63,127 nucleotides of DNA, filler included, from Choristocarpus tenellus KU-1152 (GCA_964200185.2; 11 parts of 11 records of this genome joined end to end with filler, not necessarily neighbours in it), one strand, 5' to 3'; counted from the first letter of the whole stretch, positions 37,330-51,300 are shown. Notes: generated by a model not told the origin, from the sequence alone. Made by a program: numbers and translations.

Positions 37330-40300
37330 TTCATGAATGTAATGCTTTTTGGAGGTAATCTTGTCCAAAGGTGGTGCAAAAACGTCAACCTTATTGTGGC
37401 AAACGTTGAACACACGACGGATCAAATACTTACCCGCAAGGCTCCTAGTTTTCTAAGCGACGTATTTGGGTGCCGCATTAGATAGGTTCGGACTCTGGAA
37501 TCAAAAAAACGTTTATTCTGCGTGCCAAGATCTTCACTCTGCCGTTTGTTCTTCACAAAAATGTAACGAAGTGCATTCTATACCACATTCACCTCGATCT
37601 GGTAGCCGAAGTCCGTCGCCACCGTCTTCGCAACGAAAACGGTCGCCTCATCGTGTCCCATTGCCTTTCCCTGAGGATTGACGGCCTCAGCAAAGCATCA
37701 ATGCGTCTCCGTTGGGATGAGGGTCGGCCCCAAGGCTTCCAGCAGGCAGGAAGGGCCTATCATGCATTCTTGAACGAGAGACGTGGATACCTGCAACGTA
37801 ATGTGCGTACATGTGACAGCCCAACCATGTGGCATTGAAGTGTTTGCCATGCGATAAGGTTTTGTCACGTACGTAGGGGTTATTCTGGCATTGGTTAAAG
37901 ATCTTGTGGTGTACTGCAGCACATTTGTTTTTTCTTGTGGGGAAGGAGGACATTACGGCGTACCGATGCTCACACACAAAGTCTTGAGGTCTCACGATTT
38001 CCGTTTGTGATTAGGGTTACCGCGTGCACCGTGTGAGCAACGTGTAAATATCGACAAGGAAACATCACTACAACAATCGCACAACCGAGACCTATCCATA
38101 GGGAACCAAGACAGACAACAAGTTGGAAAGCAATAGAAAAAAAGTCAGCACACCCTTGTTACCTTCCACTTGCCGTCCTTGTAGACTTGGGCGAAGGAGG
38201 TTACCATCTTCTCTTTCACCTCGTCCTTTGACACCGCGTTGGACACGAACACCTCCTCCCTCCTGCTCCGTTCAAGGGCCGCCTCCACCATGTTGTGCCT
38301 CTCTGCGCTGAAGGAGATGGCGACATCCCCAGCATTCGTGTACCTATCATAGGAGGGCAGTTCGTGAATTATCCCGAGGAGTACATTATATTGCGCACGG
38401 ATTCATCATATCGCAATGTATGAGTAACTTACCGATACAGGGCAACACACTCTTGGTGCGGACAGACGCTTAACATGCTGATTTGTGGAAGGTCACTCGT
38501 GGTGTGGTTTGACACCCCTGAACCGTCACCCAGCTTGTTCTGTTACTGTTTAACGATGTTCTACACCTATACAAAAAAATTCCCTGCTACCGTGAAGAAG
38601 GGTGTGTGTGACGTAATTAACGAACCTGTTAACGAGGAAGTGGAGGGCCCTCATGGGGATGTTCGTTGCAGCACCTTGGTATTCGACGTCACACGTGGTT
38701 TGGAGTAGCGGAGGAGATGCATTACACCCATGGCCAAAGATGTCGTCGACAGTGACTCGATTGTTGCATGTGAACTCTGTCCCATAGTTGTGCGCGAGAA
38801 GAATCATACCCTGGCAACATCTGAGATGGTTATCAGTGCCTGCGAGAGGGCGCCCCCCCCCACCTCGTCTTGTATATAATAAGCAGGGGATGATCCTCCA
38901 CAACCAAGCCCGCCTTTGATGCTATAAGAGGTCCTGAATGAAGAGAAGGCGGGAGCGAGCGTGTGGGTTCGGCATGCGTCAAACTTGACGGTGACATCAC
39001 ACAAGTAGTTTTCGTAGCAATTCATGAAATCTCATACCACTAACATTATAATAGTACCATGATTGTGGAACGCAAGGCAAATAACAAATGGAAAGAAAAT
39101 GCGAACTATAGGAAATTCTGTAATAGAAGGAAAGACAGCAAAAATCATGTAGTGAAGACAAGTTACACCAGCATGCGATTCGCGTACAATGAAACAAAGA
39201 ACTACGAACGACCCGGGGGAAAGAGCAAGAGACACAAAAGGAAATACAAGGTACGAAGAACATGAAGCAATATGGGGAAAGTGAAAAAGAAAGACACACG
39301 ACATCATCCGCATCTCCTGAACGGCCGCACAATATTCGATGGGCATACGGGCGGACTGATAATGGCCTTGGTGGATTGCAATAGTCTCCAGCAATATACC
39401 CCGTATTTCAGCGCTGGCGAACTCCCGAACTCACCGTGTAGGCGGTGTAAGTGCGAGGCCCATGGCTGGGGCACAAATAGTGCGATGGTGCCCTGAGGAT
39501 GTAGCTTCACCTGCAAGCACTTAACTACCTGGCGCAAGTGTTCATTGGTCGCCTCTTCGTCGTTGAGGAGTCTTGGCTCGGCGGCAATGGACACTATGGC
39601 AAGCTTTGGTGCGTTTAGGAACGCGAACTCTTTCAGGCTCTAAGGGTATCGTAGGGTCGAGAGGGCAAAGGTCGTGTAGTGCAGTGTTCTCAGTCCTGGT
39701 TGGACATCTTGACACATGACACAGTATACAGACAGCACGACAAGAAGGACAGCGTCGTAAGCAACAGTGCAGGCAATCGTATCATTAAGTGAGGTCCTGA
39801 CAATATTTCGATGGCATCACCAAAAAGTCAAGCCGCACCCTCCACAACGCCAGACCCATCAGATACATCTCGTGCAAGGAGGGTAGACGTCAAAACACTA
39901 GGTTCCATGGTCCATGGAAACCTCCAAAAAAACGACACATCCAATGCACAAAGGACAAGCAATCCACATGATATAAAAGCAGGCAAGACCCACGTGCAAA
40001 CCAATGCGAAACTGAACACGCAGCGACGACTTGTATGTCCGTATAATGTGCAACCACGCCGAGACCCACATGCACTTCTCCATGTCCGCCGTTTCGCTGC
40101 ATGATGGGGGACGTAAAAGGCTTTATCTGGTGGGTGACCCGCCCGCGTTCCTCGCGTGACCCTTACCCTTGCCCTTGCCCCTGGCCCGACCCGCCGCTTC
40201 CTTCCTCACCGATCCAGACCCTTCGCTACCCTCCTGTGCCATGGGGCAATTGATACATAATCGATCCTTGTGCCTCTCGTCGCCTACAATCTCCACGTAG

Positions 40301-41100
40301 GCACATTCGCCCATGTGCGTGATGGAGCACTTAGGGCATGAATACCTGCTGCGCGTGTCATTGAACGAGAGCGTCAAACAGACAGGATAGTATTTTTCCA
40401 AATCATTAATTGGGCGCAACAACGCAACGCAGGGATCCACGTTTACGAAGTACCACAAAATTGGTGGCGCAAAATAGTACGAAGTAGTACAGGTGAGATA
40501 CAGCAGTCGGTGATGTACATGCATTAACACACAATCGGACTGTGGCAAATAAAGAGACGTGGGGGTAGCGACCGCAACGCCACACACAGAGGGACCCCGC
40601 AAGTTCCACCGGTGTAATGGCGTGCACCGCTGAAAAGAGACAACCTAGTTAGCCGTTCGGGGGATTGGAAGGAAACCAATCTTACGCCATTAATTACCCG
40701 CCATCCCCGTGTGCACCGTTACAACTACATTACTCACCGAGACGTAGGTGGAGGATTGCATTCAGTACTGCAAACCCCCGCGTTCCACCCTCCATGGCCG
40801 TTTTGTTCTTCTTCCGCACCAGGAACGCTACCGACAGAACCCCCTTCGCCCGTATCCTCCCTGTCTGGCAGTCCGTCCCCTCCCTCGTCTTCGTCCCCTC
40901 CTTCGTGTTCGTCCCCTCCTCTGTGTTCGCACCCTCCCTCGTCTTCTTTCTCACAGCCATCTGATGCCAATCCGTTGTTGCTCTCGACGTCCGTGCCACC
41001 GCCATCACCGCCCCGCCCGCTGTGAACCTGGTGGAGGTTGACCTGGTTGAGGACATCCTGGTATTTCCCATCCCAGGTGGTGAGGTAAGCGCTAGAGTTG
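37330..41100 (-). pseudogene. Decayed multi-exon CpG-rich gene: acidic N-terminus, Cys/His Zn finger, possible TET/JBP-like and HhH-like domains
   Basis: Acidic exon 40970-40737 ending at G|GTGAGT; CPKCSITHMGEC..CINC (~40340-40245); CHR..RIIPCLLYTRR(G)TDNHL (38996-38820); LGCHMYAHYVAG (~37825-37790); IEVNVV*NALRY (~37598-37563); many stops and frameshifts. Confidence 0.4.
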
Positions 41101-41825
41101 AGTCCTTCTCGAGAACCTGGTGGTGGACATGGTGGAGGACGTTGTTGAGGAGAGGAGGGGACGATGGTGACGTTAAAAATGGGAGAGTGTAATGGAATTA
41201 CGATAGCATGTCAACCGAACGGAGCAAACCTATCGGTTTACGTGGTGAACGTGTTTAAAGGAGGCGGCTTGCGGGGCGAAATAGTTTGAAAGAAGTCAAT
41301 GTCGAGGACACCATTCTGTCTGTAGGTTACGACAGTGACATGTGTTGGAGGCAGAAATGAGGTGGAGATTGACGAAGATCGTTGTCTAGAGTAGAAGGAA
41401 ACGATTGGCTATTCCCGCTATTAGCAACGAAAGACTAGAACTGACAAAACAGCATCGTTTGTTGTAGGGAAGGCAACTCCGCCGCTCATAATGATGACGA
41501 AGACCCACTACCAATCCTACCAAGCGTCAACTAATTGTTTTTGTACAAGCCATTTCAGCTGTAATTACCAACACAGGAGGCACACTCACGGCTCTGACCC
41601 GTTGTAGAGGTTCATTCCGACTACCGTCGCGATGTTTGCCCTCAGCTACCGGACAGGCCCCGTGTTGAACTATCCCACACTGGACCCGCGGCTTTTATGG
41701 TGCTTTAATGAAGGACAAAGGACAGNNNNNNNNNNNNNNNNNNNNNNNNNNNNNNNNNNNNNNNNNNNNTTAATTAATTAANNNNNNNNNNNNNNNNNNN
41801 NNNNNNNNNNNNNNNNNNNNNNNNN

Positions 41826-43000
41826 GATTTTTAGGAAACCTCAACTTTGTATCTACTCAGCCTGAGAAGCAGTTGTTTGTTTTTATGTCAGTAATAGGTG
41901 GGTTCAGGCAGGAATGAGATGAGTGTTGATCAGGGGTAGGGTTGAAGGTAGGTTTTTTGTCTATGATGCATAAGCTCTCCTTGTCTCTCCCTGATGGATT
42001 ACATGCTGGAAGAGATTTTTAGGAAACCTCAACTTTGTATCTACTCAGCCTGAGAAGCAGTTGTTTGTTTTTATGTCAGTAATAGGTGGGTTCAGGCAGG
42101 AATGAGATGAGTGTTGATCTAGGGGTATTGTTGAAGAGAGGGAGAAGGTGTGCCTGTTCCTTTGGACTGTATTACTGATCTTGGCAATAAATCAAAACTC
42201 GTTCCTGTTTCATTGACGTTCTGGTCAAGTAGTCGAAGCTTGGATGCGTATTTAGAGACTGCAGTAACATGCATTCAGTGATAGGCGTTTGTGTGTTGTG
42301 ACTGAAGGAGTGGAAATGGAAGGCAGAGTGATAACCTCGTTTGGATACCAGGACCAAAATCGTTTAGTTGTTTGCATAGTGTTTGGTATTTCTACTGGCA
42401 GGCACCTTGTGAATATGGGGATTGAATTTGGCATTGCCAGTGTCTGTGGCCAGTGCTACTGGGATCAGATATTTTTTTTGGAGAGGGTGCGTTACATTAT
42501 TTATCCTGGACATGCTATGCTCGTATCAGGTGAGTGTTGCAGAACTAGAGTCCAAGCTGGAAGGTCTGGAGGCTCAGCCACTTCTGTACCTTGGGGAGAG
42601 TGTGTGCCTTGCAGACCCCTCCGTGGGACGGGTGAGTCTGTTGCATTGGACCTGTGTGCATGTGTTTGATAGGTGGAAGTGCATAGGTAGTTGTCCAGTT
42701 TGTGATTGTAAGGAGGGATATGCAGTTTTGCTTGTTGTCATGTGGTATGCGCCCTGTGTGTATGTGGTAGTGTTTGGAAGGGTTGAGGTTTGTGTGGGGT
42801 ACGATTGATCACCAAAGGTTGACAGTGGGTTGTAATAGGTTGTGGGTCTGCGATTTGCAGGCTAGGGTAGGGGAGTCTAGTGTGATGTGTATGAGTTGGT
42901 TCGTATCCTTTTTTCTTTCATTATGGTGGTAGATGTTATAGGGAACAGCTGGCGCATTGCTGTGAATGTGCTGATACAGGCGGCAAACCTGATGTGATTT
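41826..43000 (-). mobile_element. Decayed LINE (APE endonuclease) remnant, upstream of or intronic to the TRAPPC11 exons
   Basis: Minus-strand traces YNIYHH, FGD(F)N (needs frameshift), PIFTR, LVLVSK and SFDY in APE order; A/C-rich coding strand. Confidence 0.35.
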
Positions 43001-43373
43001 TCTCAGCTTAAGTGAGAGAATGACCCAAAACATACTGTTGCTGACTTGTACCGGGGTAGATCACTGGAGTAGAGTAGATAAGTTTGTGATCGGTCTCTCT
43101 TTGTTGTTCTCATTCTCTTGCACACCCAGAATGCACACACACACACACACACACATGTTTCGGTATACCCACCAACCCACCCACCCATGCAAGTCATATA
43201 TGCACCAAATCGTATTTTAACCCTTACATATTTTCTACGCACCTGTACATTTTATGTCACGGACATGCCTTGGGTATGCTATGCAAACACCTACACGTGT
43301 AACTGATTGTATCACAATGCCAACCTCATCCTCCCAACTGGATGTGAACTGGATTGAACCGAATGCCTAAAAG

Positions 43374-46300
43374 CGGGACCTACGCAGTGCTTGCCGTGCC
43401 TCACTGGACTTGGAGGAGCTGGCCTTTGACCGCTCAGGGCTGGCGTGCTCCCTGCTGGCTAAGGCCCTGGAGCATTGCCCTGACAACGACCAGAGAACAT
43501 TTCTCAGGCGAAGGGCGCTCATCCTAAGGCATCTAGGAGAGGAGCACTACCATGCGGGAAGGTGAGAAAATGGGATGGAGGCTCAGGTGTGGAGCTTTGA
43601 ATCAATGCAGGATAGGCTGGAGTATGGTCGAGGAAATGCACCGGGTGGGTGATTCTGAGGAGTGCGTTAGGTGGAGCCTTGAGCAGGAAGGGGTAAAATG
43701 ATATTGGGAGTTTGTAGGGAAGATTTGAGGATGGGAGTGCAGTCCTAAGATAGATTTGGAGCATGCAAAACACTTCTATATGTATAATCCATTGCTTATG
43801 CTGTGTAAGTTTTGTAAACTTTGGTCTGATCCTTCTGGCGCACTAAGCATTTTCCTGTTTTGTCCTGTAGAGAGATTGCTTCTCCAGCTCTCACTTATCA
43901 GAGTCCTGCCCTACCTTGAACGGCCCTTTCTCCACTTCCCCCCCCCCCTAAACTCTATCCACTACTAGTCCATACTGCTCTTGCTGCGTTTGTAGTGTTG
44001 GTGAGCCTCCCTTGTTGAGTGTCCTTGATGCTACTGTCTTGCCTTGCCCTTTTGGATTGATCTTCTCCATGCCCTACACCCATCCCAGAGATTAAAATGT
44101 GACACTGTATACGCTAGACAGATTGCTTTGGTTGGACCCCTAGTCATGTGATAAATGAATGCATTAGTCAAGAGTGCTCTTGCCCTTGTCCCGTAGAAAT
44201 TTTGTGAGTTGTTTGGGTGAAGAGTGCCATGGGAGCTGGAAAACCGTGGGACTGAGTTGAGAGTGATGTAGGGAGCAGAAGCCCATGCTTCATCCAGTGT
44301 ATAAATACGATGTAGTTCAATATGTTTATGCTGAGTTACCAGCAGTCATTAGGTTTTGGATGCCCCACTCATGAGAACTGACCTCCATTCCCTGGTGTCA
44401 ACAGTTGGTGGGTGTCCAATTGGTTGAACTCTTTCCAGATGACTGATCTAGCACTACTTTACACTTCCTTTGCTCCCTCCACTCCCTCCTGTTGTTTGCT
44501 TGCCCCTGTTCAATTTGTGGTCTTCCCCATGTCATGTCCTTGCTTGCATTCGTGAAATAATTGCTTTGTGGTTGGGGTGAAGGTTTGCTGAGGCTTGGGA
44601 GCGGTTCTCTAGTGTTTGGGCAGTTTATCGAAGGGATGGGTGGATGGAACTTGCTGCCTCAACACTTGCCAAGATGCACCGTTGTGCGTGGGAGCTAGGC
44701 AAGGTATGCCAGAGCACGGATTATAGCTGTCTCTACTAGTATGCGCTGGAGTGTCATTGGCAGAAGTAGACAGTCACCCGTGTCACCACAAGCAGTTGCA
44801 CTTGTGTTCAACTTGGTATGGAATGCTGTGCAAGACATGCCTGTGGAAAGATCCTTGTGACAAATTTGAAACTGTGGCTTCCTGCCTGCTCTCTTTCCGA
44901 CTTGTTTTTGTTAAGGTGCGTTTGTGTGGAGGTTGTTATTAAATCATTGTTTGTGTGGAGGTTCGATTGCGATTTGTCCTGGGCCATGCTAGCAGTCTTT
45001 TTTGTTGTTTATCTTGAAAGGAAGGATGAAAGTTGCATAGTGTGTATTTTATTCATCATGGCTTTACGCAGTCTTCAGTTCCCCTGCTCCTCCCTCCTTG
45101 CCCCCCCTCATTTATTCAATTCTGTTGGCCAATGAGAGGCGAACAATGCTGTAACCACTGCGTTGACCATGGCGAGCTGGGATATCTGGCCCTCGGTACC
45201 TGCAGAGGCAAGGATGGGGCTGGTGTCCATGGCTATGGCCATTGTGGGAGCGGGTGGGAGTGTATATGACGATGATGAGGAAGGGAGGGGGGAAGGGCAG
45301 GTTTTCCTCAAGGAGGCTTTTGTTCCAGCCAAAGACCAAGGAGTAGAGTTTGGGGGAGAGCAAGAGGGGAAGGTGAGGAAAGGGTAAAGGATTGAAGGAG
45401 ACCCGATTGACTTGACCGTCTTTGGCTGTGAGACATGGAAATAGTACAAGGAGCGTACTCTTTTTCACACCAATAGTCAGTGTGTGTGTGTGAGTGTGTG
45501 TGTGTGTGAGTGTGTGTGTGTGTGTGTTTGTGTGTGTTTGTGTGAGTGAGTGAGTGTTTTGTTTTTGTGTTTACGGTGCTCACACTCACGTTGTGCAGAA
45601 GTTGTGCAAGTGGTCGTATCTGTGTGCTAAACAGCTGTGTCGAAAGTTTCATTATTTTTTCTTTTCAAGCCTTGTTTTTTAATAATATTTTTCATATTTT
45701 ATTGTTTTTCTTTTCACATTTCCTTCCTTGGGTGTTTGTTGTTTAGGACGTTTTAGAATGCATTTGTTTCAAACAAATAGTATATATTTTTTCTTTAGTA
45801 TCTTATCTATCGAATTGCACACGCCTTTTTTGCTTGCAGCCTTTATTAGTGGAAGTAAATGACAAAATGCCGCTCCTTCGGATAGCGGGTCGGTTCTCAC
45901 CACCAAGCACCTCCCCAGGGGAAACAGTGACACTGCGCCTGGCACTCCTGTCCCTCTTACCTGTTGGCTTGCGTCTGCGATCCTTGGAGGTAAGGACAAG
46001 TACAAGTCTCCATTCCCGCCCTGCTTTAGTGTCTCTTTGCTCAGTGGAGAATAAATAGATTATACCTTTGTGGATGCATGGTAGGTGTATTGTCTGAACT
46101 CTCGTAAGGTCTTGATTTATGGTGACTAAAGGTATGTTTTCTAGCCTTGGGCGCAAGTCAGGGGTTCTTACACTCTGTTGGAGGATGTCAAATCAAATGG
46201 TTATTGAGTTGAGTGTTATTGTTGAGGTTGTTACAATAGATTATTTTTTACTGCAAGTATTCAGACGAGTTTAACTATAACCGGGCATGGGATAGGCATA

Positions 46301-48122
46301 CCCCCATGTTCCTGTGTGATGGACAGAATTTTTGCTTACCTGAAATAGGATCGAGGCTATAGTTGCTTGTAAATACGCTTACTTCAACGTTGAACATACC
46401 AGTCTGTTTTGAAACACCACCAGTTTTTGAATTGCTCTTTTTTTTGCGGTGCATCTATGTATTTTACCTTCTCTTAAGTCACCCAACTGTATCTAAGAAT
46501 TGTAATAAGAAACAGTTCTTGGCATTTAGTTACCCATCCCCTCCCCAACCTATTTGTCGTGGATACCGGTCACTTCCCTATAGCTTGCTTGATTAGCCTG
46601 TCTGTGAAATGGTTCGTTAATTCGTACTTGAGCCTGTTCTGTCAGGTTTATTCTCTTTGTTTCACTGTGTGCTTTATTTCGATCAATTTTCCTCTTGCTT
46701 GTGTATTCACCTGTGTCTACCTGCCTGCCTGCTTGCCTGCCTGCCTGCCTAATTGCTGGTCTGATCTGCCTTGCCTCCTTTGTCCTGTGTTACCCTGGTG
46801 TGCACTGCACTACAGCTAGAGTTCAACTACCCACTCATGAACCACATTGTCTTCGATGAAGAGTGCGGACTTGAGTGTGTGGAGGGTGGAGATCGGGTGG
46901 CTGTGGGGGAAGCAGGCAGGGGCCTATCCGTCTCCACTTCCAATCTTAACCTGGCAAGGGGGGGTCTAGTGGAGGTGGAGGTTGCTTTGAAGGTGCCAGA
47001 CAGGGGGGGAGGGAAGGAGACATCCACGGGGTTGATGGCACCTCTTCGACTGCGTGTTGGAAAAGCATTAGTATGGTGAGTGGGGCTTAGGCTTTTGAAG
47101 TAAAGCAGCTGTACTTCAGAGTAGTAGCATGATGTAAAATGAAAAAAAGTTACTGGAGTGTGATGATAAATCTCACGTTGCGGGCAAGCTGAATGCTTGA
47201 ATATTTTCCTCTGCCTTGTGGTTGCGTTGGGGTTTTATGGTTTGAGTGATTTTGTGTTTGTTTTTGTGTGTGAGTGGCAGAGGGATGGTGGGATTCCTTG
47301 GGGGGAGGTGTGGGGAAGAAGTCCTGGCACACAGTTGCTCTACCTTGCACACAATTTGTTTATACTCCATGGCATCTAGGATAGGTTTCTCCCTGTGCTT
47401 GCTATGCAGTCCACTGTTTATCACCGAATCTTTCCTCCCTCCCCCCCCCCCTGGTCCACCCTGTTGAACATTCCTTCATCCCTAATCCTTACTGTCATCC
47501 TTTTGGTTGCAGTGACAATAACAAAGCCCCTGTTGAAGCAGGGGTGGCTGGATGTAAAGGGGGAGTGATTTTCTCGGTGCAGGCAGGACCAGCAGCACTA
47601 GTGGTTGCTGAGAAGGGGGGTATGTCATGGGCTAGGGTACGTGGAGCAGAGCAGGTGGACCTAGTGACCCGAAGGTGTGAGCTCTAGAGTTAGGTGGATG
47701 TACTTGAGGGGTGGTACGGGGGATGGAACGGTAGAGGGAATACACAATAATTGCGTTTACACACTTTCATAGAATGGTAGGCTTTGAGTATCTCCCACCG
47801 TCATGCATGGCAAAGTTTTGGGTAAGGGCAGTTGATTTATCAATCGTGGTCCATGGACCTGACATTGACATTGACACTCTGCTGTCTAGTATCTAGTAGC
47901 TTGTGGAAGGACATTGTTGTGAGTGAAACATCCCTTACTACCCTCCCACCCCCCCACCCCCCAACCCCCACCCCCCTGCTCCCCCTTCCCACTCTCCAAC
48001 CTTTCTGGTATCCTTCTGCACAGGGCACTAGCTACTGTGCGCATTGAACCTCCACGAGCACTGCTTGTGGGTGCAGTCAATCGGTTAGACGTGACAGTTG
48101 CCTTACCTGCCGGGGATGCCCC
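43374..48122 (+). CDS. TRAPPC11: Trafficking protein particle complex subunit 11 (Foie gras/Gryzun), internal exons
   Basis: Phase-compatible exons 43374-43561 (EELAFDRSGLACSLLAKALEH..RHLGEEHYHAG), 44583-44703 (FAEAWERFSSVWAVYRRDGWMELAASTLAKMHRCAWELG), 45139-45372, 45840-45989, 46816-47075 (LEFNYPLMN), 47513-47674, 48024-48122; YRxxGW motif and downstream Gryzun-like beta region. Confidence 0.8.
45479..45556. repeat. (TG)n/(TGAG) microsatellite, intronic
   Basis: Directly visible. Confidence 0.9.
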
Positions 48123-48222
48123 NNNNNNNNNNNNNNNNNNNNNNNNNNNNNNNNNNNNNNNNNNNNTTAATTAATTAANNNNNNNNNNNNNNNNNNNNNN
48201 NNNNNNNNNNNNNNNNNNNNNN

Positions 48223-48340
48223 ATTATACCTACTCCGAAGCATTTTGGAGTAGGTATAATGTTATAAAAGAACTCATGGGAAGCCAAGTCCCAAATAGAC
48301 AAACAGGGCAAAAACCGTACCCTCTAAGATACTTTCACTC
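48223..48340. mobile_element. MITE subfamily B, right end at contig edge
   Basis: GGGAAGCCAAGTCCCAAATAGACAAACAGGG..TACCCTCTAAGATACTTTCACTC. Confidence 0.8.
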
Positions 48341-51300
48341 TGTCCCCATTACACCTCCAAAATCTTGAGATGATGTCCAGAAAGCCTTGATTACCGCGTT
48401 TACCCCCACCCATGCTGTAAGTGTATCAACTCGTAGACTAACGTCCTTGAAACAGGGGGAGAACGAGTCGGTTGACCAATATACTTTACGTTGCACCACA
48501 GCAATGAATATTTTTTTAGATGATGTTCATCGCACAACATCGTCCTCAGATCCAGTCAACACAAAAACTTTGCTTGTCGAACAACTGAAAATAACCCTGA
48601 TGGAAAACGGCTTACTCCCTGCAATTCGTCTTGAACAGATTAAGGACGAACCCGCCGCCTCGTTTACCCAAGTTTGTGACCGTGCAAAACGGCATGAAGC
48701 TAACAATATGTCTGGCAATAACCTCACCCCCATAACAACTTACACGAGTGTTGTGACCCACAATCCTCGTCGTGGACAGGTTCCCTGCACAGAATTCGAA
48801 CAATTGCAGCGCAAATGTCAGCGGTTCCATACAGAGGTGGAACGTCACCAAGCGGGAGAAAACCCTCTCAACAGGGCCCCAGCTCGGTCGTAGACGAGTC
48901 CACCTCCCACAGCCAAGGCCACTGACAGTACTACACGACCCCAAGACACGTCGCCCTACACAGAGTCACCGTCCAACTCACAGTACACCATGGATCACCA
49001 AAATAGTGTGTGCCACTACCCGGGTTGCCAGGCAGCGACTCGTGAGGGTCACACGACCCAGTCGTGCCTGGACAATCCGAGGGGTGCTCATTTACCACAC
49101 TTGCGTCGTAGAGGCAGGGGTCGTGGAAGTCGTGTTCGTGTTCGTGAGGATAGTCAGCCAGTACCGGGCCATTATGGTCCTCGTCGCTAGGGGTGCCCAG
49201 GTGGATTTGACTCCTATCCACTTGGGAACAGCCATAGTGTTGTTATTGACACCATCGTAGGGAGTGGCAAGCGTCAAAGGTTGACACCAGTCACACCTCT
49301 TGCCCCGCAGGCATCGTCTATTGCCTGCACACGTGTCACCAAACATTTTTCTTTGCCATTAGTTCAACCAAACTTGTATAATAATAATGAAACTTGGTTC
49401 AACAGTTCTTTGTGCAGATATCCATCCATACCCAGACCTTTGTCGTTTTCCTCACAAAGGGTTCGTGTATCTGGCACCGTTGAAGAACAAGAGGAAAATG
49501 ACTTGACTATATCGACACAGCTAGTGATGTACCATGTATTTCAGAAATATTTGTTCGCAATCACCCTCAACTGAAACGTTTTGATGTGCATCCTGTCCCA
49601 CCTGGTGCAATTAATCTACGTGCAGCAAATAGTTCACCATTGCATATCCGTGGATTTATTCGTTTTGCACTTACACTTGGTGACACCGCATTGCCAGTTG
49701 AAGCTTTAGTGATTCCCCAACTTGGTCCCGATAAAATTCTGCTTGATAATAGTGTTATGTAGGCCTTCAGTGCAATCCTTGATTGGCAAGAACAACGTCT
49801 TTCATGTCACAACAGTTCGTGTACCATTCCAGCAAGACATCGCGTGACAAGGAGCCCCACTCAAGTACGTGATATAAGTACCACTCCTTCGTGTTCTGTG
49901 GTGAGTGTGCAATGTGATTTTGACCCTGTACCCGTCCGTGTACAAAAACAGTATAACATACCACCTGATCATGAAATCATCGTACGTTGCACAACTGATA
50001 CTAGTCCGTCGTTGGATACTGCCGAGGTAGTGGAGCCAGTCATACACTCCATGCCTGCTGTAGATCAAACCACTGAACCTACACACCCATGGAACCGTAT
50101 CGTAGCTGCTCGCACCCTCAGTACTTGTTCAGCAAGTAATGGATCAGTATTGGTTCAAATATCAAATCCAACAACACGGAAAGTACGTATCAGGAAGCAT
50201 CTTGGATAGATCACTTAACCCCAATCTCAGATCAGATACCAATCACTGTTAGTGATCTAAATACTTATTCTGCTCCCTTCAGTAAAGCTAGAGAGGAGTT
50301 ACATCAAGCCTTCACCAAGTTAAAGGCATTCAAAGATACCACGTTCAATCAGTCACGAGTGTCTCAACGTTTGGACCTCTGTGCTCGTTATAGATCGGTA
50401 TTTTCGTTGAATGCAGCAGAACTAGGCAGTTGTACCCTAGCTGAAGCAGAAATTCCTATAGAGCCTGGTACCAAACCTGTTGACAGGAACCCTTACAGAG
50501 CAAACACCCGTACTCAACAAGTAATTGATTTGTGCGTTAATACAATGGAGGAGCAAGGCAATATTGGTAAACGTGCCAGCCCTTGGGGTAGTCCTGTTAC
50601 TATTGTGGCCAAATCTGATGACTCCCCACGATTCTGTGTGGACTATAGGTCAACTGTTAACAAACACTTTGTTCGACAGTCTTGGGCTATGCCTGATAGT
50701 CTCATATTGATACTGTTGGGGGTGCAAAATTTACCACCGTTTGTAATATTCAGAGTGCATATTGGCATATTTCTGTTGCTGAGGATGACATTGATAAAAC
50801 TGCTTTTGTCGCGTCCAGAGGCAAATATGTTTTTAAGAGGATGCCCTTTGGCAATTTCAAAGAATCGTGTCATTAGCCTTTGCAAACTTTGGCCCATTGA
50901 GTGGGTTGCTAGTTTACATGGATGATCTGATTGTTGTTCTCCCACATGGGAAGGACATATACACTTACTAGAACAGCAATTCAAAGCTTTGCAAGCAGCA
51001 GGATTAACTTTGAAACCGTCAAAGATCCCGTTTGGACCCCAAGAATTACTTAGAACTTCGATCTGTCCTAGGTACGATTAATTTTGTGCGTAAATTCATA
51101 CCCAACTTAACCACAGTAATCGAACCGTTAGTTCTCACTAAGAAAGGTGTCAACAAGAGAGTGGATAAAGAATGGGGATTAGACCAGGATGTGGCATTTT
51201 TTCAGGTAAAACAATTACTCACTGCAGCCCCGGTTCTCGTGTTCCCTGACGTTACCAAAGAATTCATCGTCCATGTTGATGCCAGCGAGAGTGGTGGTGC

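Noticed and set aside
41826-42135. Exact ~105-bp direct repeat (41826 and 42014) as an LTR
   Set aside because: At the contig edge, no TG..CA, PBS or PPT; more likely a local tandem duplication or assembly artefact
44750-44810. Minus-strand CGDTGDCLLL as an OTU protease motif of a LINE
   Set aside because: Lies in a TRAPPC11 intron amid stops; surrounding minus-strand ORFs are shadows of plus-strand exons
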